The notes: generated by a model from the letters alone, not told the origin. Counted from the first letter of the stretch, positions 48,990 through 63,020 are shown. The stretch is 64,000 bases of DNA from Glaucostegus cemiculus (GCA_976551045.1 CDPCPM010000102.1:6882001-6946000), one strand, 5' to 3'. Numbers and translations are program-made.

Positions 48990-49740
48990 GACAAAATAAC
49001 AAGAATATGAACTTACAAGCTAGGTATGTAAATGGCATGTAAATGTCATTGTCGAAGAGTGTGAAAATGTATGTTCTGGAAGAATCCATAAGGCAGCTAA
49101 CTACTCCTTGGAAAATAGGAAGACGCGTAGCATCGTGGGCTAGGCCCAGGTGTGCAAATCGTTAGAAGCAGCAACTCTGGTAAATAGTAGTTTTAAATAA
49201 ATGGAATAGAAGCAAGAAAGTTGAATGTTTTATTAAAGAGTAGAACTATAGTTGGAGTACTGTGCATAGGTTTGGTGTAATATTTAGGAAAAAAACATGT
49301 TTCTGCTCTGGAGAAAGTGCAGGAAATACTTAGCAGCCCTGTGTATACCAAGAATAAAAAAATGATCATGAAATACTCTATGGGCTATTTATTCCATCAA
49401 TGACAAGTCTTAGAGGTAGAAATCCTTCTAATTATGTGGATTTTAAATAGGGGAGAGATTGCATTTCCATTACCAGGGAAAACCTAAAGTACATGATGGT
49501 TACCAATAAACTGTTAAGGAATTCATTTTTTTCCTTACCTAAAGAAAATTAATCTCTGAAAGGAGTGGACAAGTGGAGGAACATAGATACATCAATGGTT
49601 ATGTTAGATAGGCTTAAGACCGAGCAAGACTTGAGGTTAGGTTGTTGAAATTAACTAAGATGGAAGAAGATTTCCATGAAGCATGAATACTGGCATAGAC
49701 CTTTTGATCCAAATAGCCTTATTCTGTGTTGTAAAATTGT
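48990..49740 (+). mobile_element. Very old CR1 LINE 3' portion
   Basis: aaatggcatgtaaatg (KW..), ttggagtactgtgcataggtttgg (LEYCA..W) and 3' UTR-like sequence. Confidence 0.55.
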
Positions 49741-51574
49741 ATGTAATATGGGCACATTAAAAATGAGAGCTCAGTCAAGTCCTGTACATGTGTGTCTCAT
49801 TTTATATAAGATCATAATGAAAATGCACTCTATTGCACTGTGCTTATGGGTCGATGGCCGGGGCTTGCTCTAAATTCAATTTGTGTACAGAATAAATACT
49901 GTACTTGTCAATTTATGATCACAAATACAGTGCAATTCTGAGTCACAGCATTAAATTTTATATATTATCATGTGCTTTGTAATGTATATATGCTGCCATT
50001 CTTTAGTTTGCCCTAGTGAGCTGTGTGATTCGCTGGAGAGTTGGAATTCAAATTTGATTAATTTTTTCTTGTGATTGACATAGTCTATCATTAAAATCTG
50101 TACTAACAGCAGGCAAAGAAAGAGCTATAAGAGGGAATCGGTATTTCTACACTCTCCAGTTTTTTTTTAAAGTTGATGTTATGCATGTTTAGATTTTTGA
50201 GAGTAGGGTGGGTAACCTCATAATGATTGTTTTAGATGTAAGTGTAGTATATCTTTAAGATTGAAAGTTGGCATTGCTGCTGAACACAGCACAATATTAT
50301 GTTTTTTGCTTTTTTTTTGCTCATTTGGCAATATATTAATGTATGCAGTCATAAGCACAAGTTTAAATCATTCAGAAGTTTTGTTTATTTGCTACAGTGC
50401 ATCGAAGTTTTCATATTGTTGTGGGATTAGTCTTGGAAGGACATTTGTTATGAGAATGGATAGAAAACACCTGTTCTAAGTCTTTGAATGATGTGTTCAT
50501 GAAATAATGCCATATGTATAAATAAGAATTCTTATTCATATCATACATTGTACTGGAGAATGATGGCATAACCCTGAGGTCAGAGCTTCAGTTGTATATT
50601 ATATGTTGTTATATATTACTTACCAAAGCATAAGAATTATTTCAGAGGGAATGTTTTTGAAGGTGTTGCTATTAGGGGGGCCTTTACACACATTATTCAA
50701 GCTATCGTTAGATTTGCAATGCATTCTTTTTGATAACATCTGTTTTCTGTGATGTGGCTGTTGCTGATCTGAATTGGAATTCTCCAAACAGTACTGAATA
50801 CTCACAACTAACCTTCAATCTAATAACATATGCTAGCCACTGAAGCACAAAATGAACAGCTGCTTCAAGTAAGATCTCAATATACTGAAAAACATCGGCA
50901 GTTTGCCATCATTTTGTTGTAGATCACTTACTTCATTTTTTCTGTCCATAATATTAAGCCCTTCATTGGTTTCAATGGTACATCTGTTGTTTCATAGTTT
51001 GTTTGACCTTTCTTTTGCGATATTGTTTACCCTTCTGTGACTCCTTGGTACTGCCTCATCTTATAGTTATGCTGTGTGGGTATCAATTTTTATTAAATAC
51101 TTAATGTTCAGTTGAGGACCCCTGGATATATAGCACATTGCAGCAAAATTAATAATTTCCTACCCCATTTTTAAGAATTTTGTGTGGGACAGATCTTTGA
51201 TTATCAGCAGATTAATCTGGATGAATTTCTTTTGGTGAAGGTATTAAAAGCTCTGTGTAAGTGATTTAGGTGGCTTTGCTGTAGTTTGTATAAATTAATA
51301 TCCCAAGACAAAATTAACTATTAATCTCAAATTTAAGAACTCACATAATTGCCATAGGAATAATTTTTTTTGTGTAATAAATTTTGGGATACTTGCATCA
51401 GCGTTTATCTTCCAACCCTTTTTGCAGGTGACAAGTAAGTGGTGAGCCACATGAATCGCTGCAATCCTTTTTGGTGAAGGTACTTTCACAGTGCTCTTGG
51501 GTGTGGCATTCCAGCATGTGGATTTCATGATAATGAAGATGATGTGATATATTTCTAAGTCAGGATGGTATTTA

Positions 51575-52290
51575 GAGTCATAGTCAAACAGCATAGAAAT
51601 GGTTCGTCAGGTCATGTCCACACCACCCATCAATTATCCATCTACACTAATCCCATTTACCAGCACTTAATCCATAGCATTCTATGCCCTTCAAGTGCCC
51701 ATTTAGGTGATCCTTAGATCTTGTGAGAATATCCACTTCCACAACCCATGTAGCCAGTGCTTTCCAGATTCCTACTACCCTTGGCTTGAAAATTTCTTCC
51801 TTAGGTCCCTTCTAAGCCTCTGTCCCTTTAACCCTAAACATTTATCCTGCAGCTTTTGACACCTCTGTTAAGGAGAAATGTTCCCTTCACCTGCTTTGCC
51901 TATGTTATCCTTTATCTACCTCAGTCAGGTCTTCCCTTGGACATCCCCACTCCAAGGAGACAAAACCTAATCTCTCCAGTCTTACTCATAACTGAAATAC
52001 TCCAACCCACGCAACATCTTGGTAAATCTCCCGTACACCCTTTCCAATACAATCATGTTCTTCCTATTGTGTGGTGACTAGAACTGAACACTGTACTCCA
52101 GCTGTAGCCTAACCATTATCTTGTAAAGCTGTACTATAACCTCCCTGACCTTATACTTGGTGCCCCTGCAAATGAAGATTGGTGTCCTGTATGCCTTCTT
52201 CACCATCTTATCTACTGATGCTGCTACCCTTGGGGATCCCTGGACTTGTACACTAGGGTTCCTCTGTTCCACAGTACTCCTTAGAGCCCT
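51575..52290 (-). mobile_element. CR1 LINE 3' portion
   Basis: ORF 52078..52272: VDKMVKKAYRTPIFICRGTKYKVREVIVQLYKIMVRLQLEYSVQF. Reverse-complement tail at 51575. Confidence 0.85.
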
Positions 52291-53199
52291 TTTATTTGGA
52301 GGGTAACCTACAGATAATGGTGCTCAAATCAAAGTTGCACTTTTTTTTACACTGGACAAAAACAAAATCCTTTTATTGATCAGAGAAAGAAGAAATGTGA
52401 ATGCTGCAATATGACAGAGCCCTGGAGCTCAGCCTTCCTTCAAAGCAACAAAAAAACCTTGAAATTTGATTTGACCATCACAAACAGATTGATCATTTGG
52501 ACTCAAGGTTTGTCAAATTGGGAATTGCTCCCAGTGTTGACAAGGATGTTTTAGGGGTGATCTTGGCCCACTGGGGGCAGAGTTTCAGTCAAGCAGCGTT
52601 CAAGCAAACGTTCCAGGGCTTTGACACCACAGGCTACTTATTTCTCATATTGTAGTCAATTAGAATAACATGAAAATACTGAAGCAGGGCAGGGTTTTAA
52701 TAGTGTGGGAAGAAGTAAGAAGGGTTGGGATGAGTTTGCTGGGGTAATTAATCAAAGGAATGAATATAAACTTGGGGGTTAAGTGGAAGGGAACGAACCC
52801 AGCTCTTTCTAGCCCAGCCATAGTGCTCAAAAGACACTTGAGTTCTACGCTAATCTGTCCATACCTCCATTTTGTTGCTGGGTTTCCTGTGGTCTGGGAA
52901 GCATGTGGAACAATGATTAAACCTGTTAAGATTTAGTACAAAACTCCCAGCTTATTATAATAATTAGCTGGTGCCATGTCCACTTTTGCTAAACCTGGAA
53001 GTGCTTGGAATGGTAGAGCTTTGGGATGAAGTAGAGTTCAAGATTTTAAAAACTTTTGCCTCTCATCTGACCCACTGTTTTTGGGTGTTAAAATCATTTC
53101 TTTGTTCTTTCAGAGCAGTCTTAATACAAATTATTTAACTTAGTTTGTGATCTTTTGTTGCATTGGGAGAAAGAACTGTTAAAATTTCTCATGCTCATA

Positions 53200-53540
53200 T
53201 AACATAGAACATGGCCGTTCGGGCCATTGAGTCAGTGTTGACACCCAGGGCAATTCCATCAATCCCATTCTGCCACATATAATCTGTCCCCTCTTGCATG
53301 CCCATCATCTCCACCCTGATTCTCCTACCATCCACCTACACCTGGGTTAATTCTCAGTCGCCAGTTACCCTGCATCAGGAGCTCTGTGGCTTGTGGAAGG
53401 AAACCAGAGGACCTGGGAGAAATGCATATTGTCACAAGGAGAACATGCAGACTCCACAAACATAGAACTAGAGATCAAGATCAAGCCCAGGTTACTGGAA
53501 CTGTGAAGTAACAGTGCTAACTGCTGTTCCACTGCGCCAA
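53200..53540 (-). mobile_element. Decayed HE1-like V-SINE
   Basis: ggaaaccagaggacctgggaga..ggagaacatgcagactccaca (V-domain reverse complement), CR1-type tail at left and tRNA head (ccactgcgcca) at right. Confidence 0.75.
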
Positions 53541-56500
53541 GCATGGCAGTCCCCCATGTTCTAATCACTTGATTTCACATTATCCCATTATCAATGAAAT
53601 TTTGTATTATTACAGTATTTTTTTAATAGACATATATAAAATAGTAAAGACGCTTGCAAGTTTTTTCTTAATAAATAAGGCTTTTATTCCAAATCACTCA
53701 ATGAAAGCATTTATATAATGTGCTGATTTTGTTTCCCTAAATGCGTATTACTGTGGAGGGATTTTCTTATCAAGCAAATTGTTCTTCTGAATTGAAAAAT
53801 GCAAGCTGTACTCCAAGTGGTGTAGGCAATAGAATCTACCATATGGGTCTTAGTACAATTTAAATGAATAAACCATCTGCATAATGTGTGAGAAAGAATG
53901 CCACAAGTTTGTTTTGATTGAGTGCCTAAGTTGTTCAAATATATTGGGCCAGATTTTGCTGCAGCAGGACATTGAATGGCACCTGCTGTTAAGCAATTAG
54001 CTTTTTAACTTTTCTGTATAGCTAATTGCTTAGATTGCGAGTTGATGATGGACTTAAACCAGTAATATATTGCACATATATATTGATGTTTAGTCCCACT
54101 ATAGCTGAATGTCGGGAATCAGTAAATTTACTGAATTAGTTTGGTGGTAAATGCTTTGTTGTATTAAGTCATATAAATTCAGGTAGACTGGGTAATGATT
54201 TCTTGATAATAAGGCAGTCATGTATGCTGATCATGTATGTATGTAGATTGAGAGGAGGATCAAACTTGACTGTGAAGTGGGGAGCAGTTAGGGTCTGTTA
54301 TGCATGGCCGGGGAAAGTAGATTCAATTGTAGGGTTCAAAAAGGAGCTGAATAAGTATACAGAGGAAAGTATTTACAGGGCTGTGGGTGAGACCAGGAGA
54401 GTGGGATTAGCTGCATTATTGTTAGATAAAGCTGGTGCGGACTTGATGGGCCAACTTAGGCACTCAATCAAAAAAAACTTGTGGCTTTTCTTCCATACTG
54501 TTTTGAGGTTTTGGGTAGTGCTGTGCAATTGAGCAGCTTGTTGTCTCTTGCTGTCTTTGTCACAGTGAGAAAGACAGCAAGATAGTAGGTAGTTTTAACT
54601 TTCAAAGAGATCAATGTGGAATAAGCAAGCTTGCTCATACCATTAAAGTAGTCAGCTACTTCAGAATGGTCTTTTGCAGGAACACATTTCAGACCCAGCA
54701 AGGGGATTGCTAGTGTGGTGTGGGATGGGGCTGGAAGCCAAGCCCTATTTGCCTTAATAATGGGTAATGAGTCTGAATAAGTTAGGCTAATGGCGTGTGA
54801 ATATTTATCTGAATAATCATAAGCATGATGTGCATTATCATTAAAAATGAGAAATGTAAAACGAGTACCATGGTTGGTCTCTCAGAGTGCAGCGTGAAAC
54901 AGGATACAGCAGTGTTGTCAGATGGAAGAGTTAAAGATCTGGATTTTGGACCTAGAGCAGCAGTTGACATCATCACAGTGATTCTGCAAGCTTGAATATT
55001 ACGTAGAGAATTTGTTTCAGGTCTGGTCACTCCACAACTTATGACTATTAAAACAAAATAGGAACAGGCCATTCAGCCTCTCGAATTTGCACGACCACTC
55101 AATAGTATGATGTCTGTGCCAATATTCCTCAAGTCCATTTTTCTGCTATTTCCCCATAACCCTTAATTCCATTACTGATCAGAAACCTGTCTACCTCTGA
55201 AATAAAATGAAGCACTTTGCCCCACAGCTCCTGTGACAAGGATTTCTAAAAATTCTCCAAGAGAAGAAATCTTCCACATTTCAGTCTTAAATGTATGCTC
55301 CCTTTTTTCTGAAACCATACCTGCAGTTCTGGACTCTTTCGTGAGATGAAACGTGCTCTCAGCATTTATCCTGTCGAGCCCCTTAAAGCTGAATCACCCA
55401 AGTTCACACTCTATGGCTGTGCTTTTAGCCATGGATCACAGATTTATATTCCTGAGGGCTGTACTGCTAAACATATAAGGGAGACAAATTAGGTAGTGAA
55501 GTTGATCCCTGAGTGCTTACACTGTCTAATCAGTATTCAATGAATACTGATGAGGGTAGAAAGGAGAGGAAAGCTCCAGTGATGGCAGGTATAAAGATTA
55601 GTGGGGAAATGTTTCTGTGTTTGTAGATGTGATTCCAGGAAATCGTATTATCTTCCTTGTGCCAGAGTTGAGGATTCCACTTAGTGGGTGCAGAATATTC
55701 TAAGGAGGGAGTGTGAACATTGCACATTCTGTATTGGTATCACTGATGAAGGCAGAAAGAAGGATGAACTTTAGTCGGCAAATTGTGGGGTGCAAAAAAG
55801 AGATTAAAAAAAATGAGATGTCCAAGTTGCATCTCAGTAGATTGAGAATCAGTGTTCTTGCAGGGATTTTTATTGTGCCGTTGGGAAGGGTTTAAATTTT
55901 TCTGGGAGAGTAATGGAAACCTGACAGGAATTTCAGAAGGAAGAGAGGCAGAATTGGATGTAGAAGATAGAGGATTAGTAAGTGAGTCTAGCTGGCAAAG
56001 GAATACATTTGGAAGGTCAGGAAGTGAAAGATCTGAAAAGCAGGCGCAGTAGATTGGCACTGGGTAATTGCTTTTGCTTTAATGTGCTAAGTCAAGGAAT
56101 AGAAGGCTTGGGGCATAGGTAGAAGTGGCTATTTGTTATTACTGTGATTATTAAAGCACAGTAATCACCATAATAATAAAAAAAACAACCAGAGCACAAT
56201 TGGCGTAGCTAATGGAACTAAAAATAAACAGCTGGAAGAACTCAGTGGTCAGCCATTCCTTAGCTTCTACAGATGCTACTTAAGTTACTGGGTTCTTTGA
56301 GCAGTTAATATTTTTTGCTCTAGATTCCAGCATCTGTAGTCTCTTGTGTCTTCTAGCTAATAGAGCTGCTGCTTCACAGCTCTTTTGCCTGTGTACCTGC
56401 TGTTGGTGGGAATCATCTTCTACTAGGAGGCTGCCTTTCAGCACATTGGCATTGCCTGTGTGCAAGTGGTTAGATGAACTCACAGTAAGGCTTTGACAAG

Positions 56501-57089
56501 GGAGTCCTATTATTCCCTTGCTCACTGATAGATGTCAGTTAAATTTAATACTTCTTGATTTATTGGACTTCCACAGCATTCAACATCAAATGGGAATTAT
56601 TTAAAAATGAAAATAATTAAGATTACATTATTAAAACAAAATTAAAGCATTAAACACATAACAATGAAATACAATTAAATGAGCTAAATTTAGTAAAATA
56701 AAACAATCCTTGTCTTGGCAGCTGTTTCTTCCCACTAATTTAAGTGTGGCTTGTATGTGGCTTAAGTTTTAAGTTGACACAAGCCCAACAGGCATATTTC
56801 CCTGCCTGGTAGCTGGGAAGTTTTCAAGAATTCAGACTATCCTGTTAGGCTCTTGACTCAAGACTTCCGCAGAGAAATGTGGGTGAGCCAGGCAGAAGAT
56901 TTGACACCTGGGCAGAAGACCTGCTCATATCTTTCAAAAGTCTTGATTTAATAATTTTCTTTTAGAATGGAAAATTATGATGTCAACTTTCAACTATTTA
57001 AGTAAGATGAGAGGGGGAGGAGACAGGGAATTATGGTCTACATAACATAACACCTGTTTGGGAAACTTCTAGAGTCTGCAATTAATGCA

Positions 57090-59573
57090 AGAATCAGAAT
57101 CAGAATCACAATCAGTTTTATTGTCACAACCATATACATACATAGTATGCAGAGGAGCGAGATACCGTCCTCCTCAGGTGCTTGTCCCATAAAAATAACA
57201 TAACAACCAACAGAGACACACATACACACTTGGCAGAATACACATTACAAAACATTACACATTAGAAGCTATGGAGGTTAAAATTAAATTATTATGCAGA
57301 TTAAATTAAAAATGGCCAGTAAATAAATAAATAGTTATTAAAGTGAACGGGCTGGTGTCGGGCATTTAAAGTGCTGGTGCATTTCTGTGCACCTAGCATC
57401 TCTTAGTGTCAACAAAGGAAGATGGAGGGATGAGAGAGTTTGCAGTTCTTATGGCTTGCGGAAAGAAGCTATTGTTCAGCCTGGTCGTTCTTGCCCTGAT
57501 ACATTTAAGCCTCCTCCCTGATGGCAAAATTGTGAAGAGGTGGTGGGAGGGGTGAGAAGGGTCGGCCATTATGCTTTTGGTCTTCCTCACACAACGGTCT
57601 TTGTATATGTCTGCGAGGGATGGAAGCGAGACACCTATGATCCACTCCGCAGCCCTAACTATCTTCTGGAGGGACTTTCGCCCAGCAGCTGAGCAGCTTC
57701 CAAACCAAACAGTGATACATTGAGTTAGGATGCTCTCAATGGTCCCCCTGTAGAAGGATTTCATGACGGAGGGATGGGGGTACGCTTTCCTCAGTCTCCG
57801 CAGGAAGTAGAGGCGTTTCTGAGCCTTCTTCGTGAGGGCTGTAATGTTAGTGGACCAGGTCAGGTCGTCGGTGATGTGCACCCCCAGGATCTTGGTGCTG
57901 CGTACTTGTTCCACAGCAGACCCGTTGATGGTCAGCGGGGCATGCACACGGTGACCCCTCCTAAAATCCACTATCATCTCCTTGGTTTTATCCACATTCA
58001 AAGAGAGGTTGTTGTCATGGCACCACACGGCTAGTTGTTTCACCTCCTCTCTGTGGTCCGACTCATCGTCATTCGTGACAAGACCCACCACTGTCGTGTC
58101 ATCAGCAAATTTAACAATGCGGTTGGAGCTGAATCTGGCCTCACAGTCGTGGGTCAACAAGGTGAACAGGAGCGGACTGAGCATACGACCCTGAGGGGAG
58201 CCAGTGCTCAGTGTGATGGTGCTCGAGGTGTTTTCACCAATTTTGACTGACTGCGGCCTGCAAGTTAGAAAATCCAGTATCCAGTTGCAGAGAGGAGAGT
58301 TAATGCCCAGAGCGCTCAACTTCCTGATAAGCTGTTGCGGGATGATGGTATTGAAAGCGGAGCTGAAGTCAATGAATAGCAGTTGGCAGTAGGAGTCCTT
58401 CTTCTCTAAGTGATATAGTGCAGAGTGCATGGCAGAGGAGACTGCATCATCGGTGGACCTGTTTGCCCGATAAGCATACTGATGAGGATCCAAGGATGGG
58501 GGGAGGGAGGCTCTAATGTGCTTCATAACTAGCCTCTCAAAGCATTTCATGACAATCGGTGTTAGAGCTATGGGACAGTAGTCATTCAGACACTTTGGAG
58601 GAGACTTCTTAGGAACAGGTATGATGGTGGCAGATTTTAGGCACTTAGGGACAACAGCCTGCTGTAGGGAGATGTTGAAGATGTCAGCCAGTACATCTTT
58701 AAGCTGGTCCGCACAGTCCCTAAGTATCCGCCCTGGTATGTTATCTGGTCCCGCAGCCTTCCGAGGGTTAACCTGTGACAAGGCTTTCCCCACACTAGCT
58801 GGGGTGAGTCTCAAAGCCTGTTCTTCTGGCGAAGGCCGGGCTTTCGAGGCAGGTGTATGGTTCATGGCCTCAAACCTTGCATAAGATTCGTTCAACTGGT
58901 CTGGTAGTGATGAATCACCATCACAAACCTGGGGTGGAGCTTTGTAGTCAGTGATGACCTGGATTCCCTTCCACAGATGCCTCGCATCCCTGTCGTTGGT
59001 GAAATTATTATTTATCTTTTCAGCGTATTGTCGTTTTGCCTTTTTAATACCCCAAGACAAGATCCTTCCTTGCAGACTTCAGAGCTTCCTCATCCCTCGC
59101 CCTGAAAGCTGCATCTCTGGTACGTAGCAGACAGCGAACCTCCCCAGTCATCCAGGGCTTCTGATTTGCCCTCACTGTAGTCACTTTGTCCACAGTTACA
59201 TCCTCAGTGCACTTCCTGATGTAGCATAGCACAGAGTCTGTATACTCTTGGATGTCAATGTGGTTGTCCTGAGTGGCTGCTTCTTTGAAGGTGTTCCAGT
59301 CCATAGTTTCCAGGCAATCCTGCAGGGCTAAGACTTTTCCTTCAGGCCAAACCCGAGTCAGTCTCTTGACTGGTTTGTTCAGTTTCACCCGAGGTCTATA
59401 TGCAGGCTTTAGCAGAATTGAGATGTGATCCGATGAGCCCAGGTGAGGGAGGGGGTATGCTCTGTATGCCTCCTTCACACTGGTGTAAACCTTATCCAGT
59501 GTATTATTCTCTCTGGTCGCAAAGTTTATGTGTCGGTGAAACTTAGGCAGGACTGTCTTTAGATCTGCATGGT
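57090..59573 (-). mobile_element. Young 5'-truncated Rex1/Babar LINE (~2.5 kb)
   Basis: GC-richer than its surroundings. (GATTCT)n tail and AATAAA at 57090-57123; APE C-terminus plus a complete RT domain. Confidence 0.96.
57393..59571 (-). pseudogene. Rex1/Babar APE-RT ORF, 5'-truncated, with a single 1-nt frameshift near 59058
   Basis: HADLKTVLPKF..TLDKVY..LGSSDH (59571-59044 frame) joins ORF 57393..59060, which has [61 protein letters not shown] and [11 protein letters not shown]. Confidence 0.93.
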
Positions 59574-61909
59574 CTAATTAAACAGCTTCTAAATTTTCAT
59601 CTAATTGATGAATCCAAAACAGAATATATAAAGTTTTTCCAAACTTTCTTTTGCTAATGGGATTGACGCTAGCTCTATTATTAATTCTAGCTATTAATTT
59701 TAACTTGAGAGTAATAGAGATGTACAAACCAAAGATATTATGAAGTATGTGGCTACTGTGGTATAGAGATTTGTTTCACAGATCAGCCATTCATCTCATA
59801 GAATTTGGAACAGTCTCAAGAACCTAACTGGTGTCGTCGTCTTCCTATGATCTTCAAAAAGTGCTGGCAACCAAAAATCTGTGCTGAATATCAGCTTGTG
59901 GATTGTAGTTGCCTTAAAATCTGGTGAGAGAAGGTTTGTCTTAATATTCTTACATGTCCATTGGAATGCTCTTGTGCTTGCATTTGGAAAATTATGGCAA
60001 AAAATTCCCTAAATTCTTTAATCCAGTTATTATGCTGCATTTATTGGTATTCTTTGATTGCATTGATCGTAATTAGATTATTTCCATGATTGTTGTGCCG
60101 CCTTTTCTGCTGAGAGCATAGTTCAACTCCTCCTCCTCGAACACACTGCGATTCTAATGTTCCCTTATTATGCCCTACTCCTCTATCCTGCATCATTAAT
60201 TATTCATTTTTTTCCTCCTTTCTCTTCCAGTTCACATTGATAATGGTCTATTATAACTTGCCCTTCACTTCCACCTCTGGAGATTTAATTAGTCTGTGGG
60301 TGGGAATTCCTAACTATTCAAAAGAACAAGCATAAGATGAGAAATTACTGTCTCAACACCTAGGATTAAATGTCAGTCATTAATTTCAAATTTAACTCTT
60401 TTCTTTAGACAAAGGCAAACTCAATGCAATTGACTCCAAGTTTGAAGTTCCTTAGTCTGAATATTCATTAAATTGAATTTTCTTTTCATACTATAAATAT
60501 TTGCTGCACTATTCAACTTAAATTGCTTAATTTGAATTAATGTCCAGTTCTGTTATTTTCAGATGCCAGCATTTTTCAGTTTTTATTTCAGACTTCCAGC
60601 ATTCTTTGATCTTGCTGAATCTTGCTGTGGAAAATAATTTTATATTTTTGCATTTGTATACATATTGCTGCTTGACTTCCCAAGAAATTATATTGCTATC
60701 AACATCAAATGCTCATAATTGTGTGGTGCAAGAATATGGGACATGTTGGATCATTAAACCTTCTAAAGTCAATTTTTACTAGGTGAAGCCATCTAAGAAC
60801 AACTTGAGAGATTGGAAATTGCCTTTCTTGGTAGTGTGCAAACAAAATCTGTGGGGAAATGTTTTTCTAAGGAGTACTTTTTTGATGCATTTTGGAGAAT
60901 ATCTTGATTTAAACACATGAATTGGATTGTGCTTAACCAGTCCTGCAGACTGGAATTGTGCAAAACAGTCCCAGCCCAGCTAGACTTCTCAAGAACAGAT
61001 ATCTTAGTTTACAAACCTGGGAGTTGAGTGGTGAAAGCATTAATGTTGTTTGGGCCTCGCGCTGGAGTGCTGAGGTGACCCTGTCACCCAGAATACTGAA
61101 GTCAGAAGTGTCTTTTTGCCTCCGTTCAAAGCCTGTGAGACTTTTTTTTTAACCATTTTTTAAATGTCCCTGATGTTCAGAAACATTTTTAAAAACTATA
61201 AAATTCTGTAACAAATAAAAACATGATAAAAAAAGTTAAGTAAAATACAGTAATAATACAGAAACATTGACAACAGTAAAATATTTTAGAAACATTTAAC
61301 AACTACTGTACAATAACTTAAAAAAAAACACACTCCAGGCTGAGAAGCCCCTTTTGAGGTGACCTGGTTTAGGGTCAGAGGCTGATTGACCAGTATAACT
61401 CAAGGGAATTGCAACAACTCTGGGCTCTGCAGTTGGATTCCATGAAAAGTCTAGTGAAAGAGTAGTGTGACAGATTTGATAGCATCTGTTCTCCTGGTGG
61501 TTAGATTCAAAGCTAATCTGTACAAGTTTGGGATTGGTGTGGGAATGGCTGAATGTCCAGTTCCTTTGGAAGTGCAGGCCACATCTATCATGATTCAGTA
61601 TAATAGCATTCTGTAGAAGGTTGCGCCTAGATGGTCATGTTTTCTTTGGGGAAGGATCTCTAGTTTGACATTTTTCCTTCCATTAATGCCCATAGAACCA
61701 TTTTAAAGCAAAGTGGGTTTCCTTGTCAATCATAGCATCATGCCAAGGAACAAAATGGCCTTGAACTGGTGGGGAATAATTTACTTTTTGTTCTAAATGA
61801 AACTTGAAGAGTCTCTGCCATTTTTTTTGCTTCTTGAGCTTGATTTTTCATTTTCAACCAGATTATTGACTTACATTTGATCAATTTTTCTGAAATGTCT
61901 CAAACTGAT

Positions 61910-62505
61910 AGAGCACACAGTGGCATAATAACCAGGGTACTTGATTAGTATCCGGGCATCTGGGCTATTCTTCTGAAGGTAGGTGTTAGAATTTCACCAT
62001 GGCAAAGGGAGGATTTAAACTCAGTTAATTTAATATACTTGAAATCAAAAGCTAGCATCATTAATGCTGGCTTGTCATAAAAACCCATTTGGTTCATTTT
62101 CCTTTTTCAAGAAAGGACATCAGCCATCCTTCTAAATGCAAAAAATTGGAGGTACTGGAAATCCAAAATAAAAAGAGAATATGTTGGAGATGCTCAGTAG
62201 ATCAGGCAGCATTTGTGAAGAGAAGCAAAGTTTACATTTTGCTTTGCTGACCTTATATCTGCTATGATGAAAGATCACATGATTGAAGAATTAGCTTTTT
62301 CTCTCTACAGGTATTATCTGACCTGCTGAATATTTCCATCACTTTCTGGTTTTGTTTCAATCAGCACTCCTTACCTGGACCGGCATTTGTTACTCCCGAC
62401 CCAAAAACTGCACTTTCAGATGTCCTTGCGAGTCACTTGGTTCAGGGATGGGCAATAAATGCTGGTCTGGTCAATGATGCACATGTCCCAAGAACAAAAA
62501 AAAAG
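61910..62505 (+). mobile_element. Old tRNA-SINE whose tail is shared with the old CR1/L2-group LINE; interrupted at ~62135-62360
   Basis: aaaacccatttggttca..aaggacatcagccatcctt | tccttacctgg..agggatgggcaataaatgctgg..aaaaaaaaa. The tail resembles 21390-21440. Confidence 0.65.
62135..62360. repeat. Inverted pair of Penelope-like terminal repeats (fold-back)
   Basis: ggagatgctcagtagatcaggcagcatttgtgaagaga ... tctctacaggtattatctgacctgctgaatatttcc are decayed reverse complements. Confidence 0.7.
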
Positions 62506-62812
62506 CCCTTTTGCAAATTACTGAATATTTTATAGACAAATCAAAACATGAGCCAGAGTTTACATTCCAGAGGATCGTCATATTGCCGCTCATGATGGTC
62601 TAGCAACATGTTAAACTTGGTCTTGTGATGTTTGGGTTTAAAAAAATCTTAACTTGAGATTATTTTAACCTGCCTTTTGGAGTACTTGAAGCAGATGCTA
62701 GAAGTGGTTGTGTACCCATTAATCAGTTTTAAGATAGTTTGGCTAATTTCTTGAGTATGACACCATAAATCTAATGTTTGAGTGTCTTTTTGAGATATGA
62801 ATGCCGCATATT

Positions 62813-63020
62813 GTATTGGTTTATTATTGTCACTTGTACCGAGGCACAGTGAAAAGCTTGTCTTACAAACCGATCGTACAGGTCAATTCATTACACAGTG
62901 CAGTTACATTGAGTTAGTACAGAGTGCATTGATGTAGTACAGGTAAAAACAATAACAGCACAGAGTAAAGTGTCACAGCTACAGAGAAAGTGCAGTGCAA
63001 TAAGGTGTAAGGTCACAATA
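62813..63020 (-). mobile_element. 3' UTR fragment of the Rex1 subfamily seen at 19121
   Basis: attggtttattattgtcacttgtaccgagg..cagagtaaagtgtcacagctacagagaaagtgcagtgca closely matches 19128-19290. Confidence 0.88.

Noticed and set aside
57393-59060. 555-aa ORF as a nested host gene or domesticated RT
   Set aside because: It starts at a non-ATG created by a frameshift and sits in a 5'-truncated Rex1 with an intact TE tail. Youth explains the open frame.
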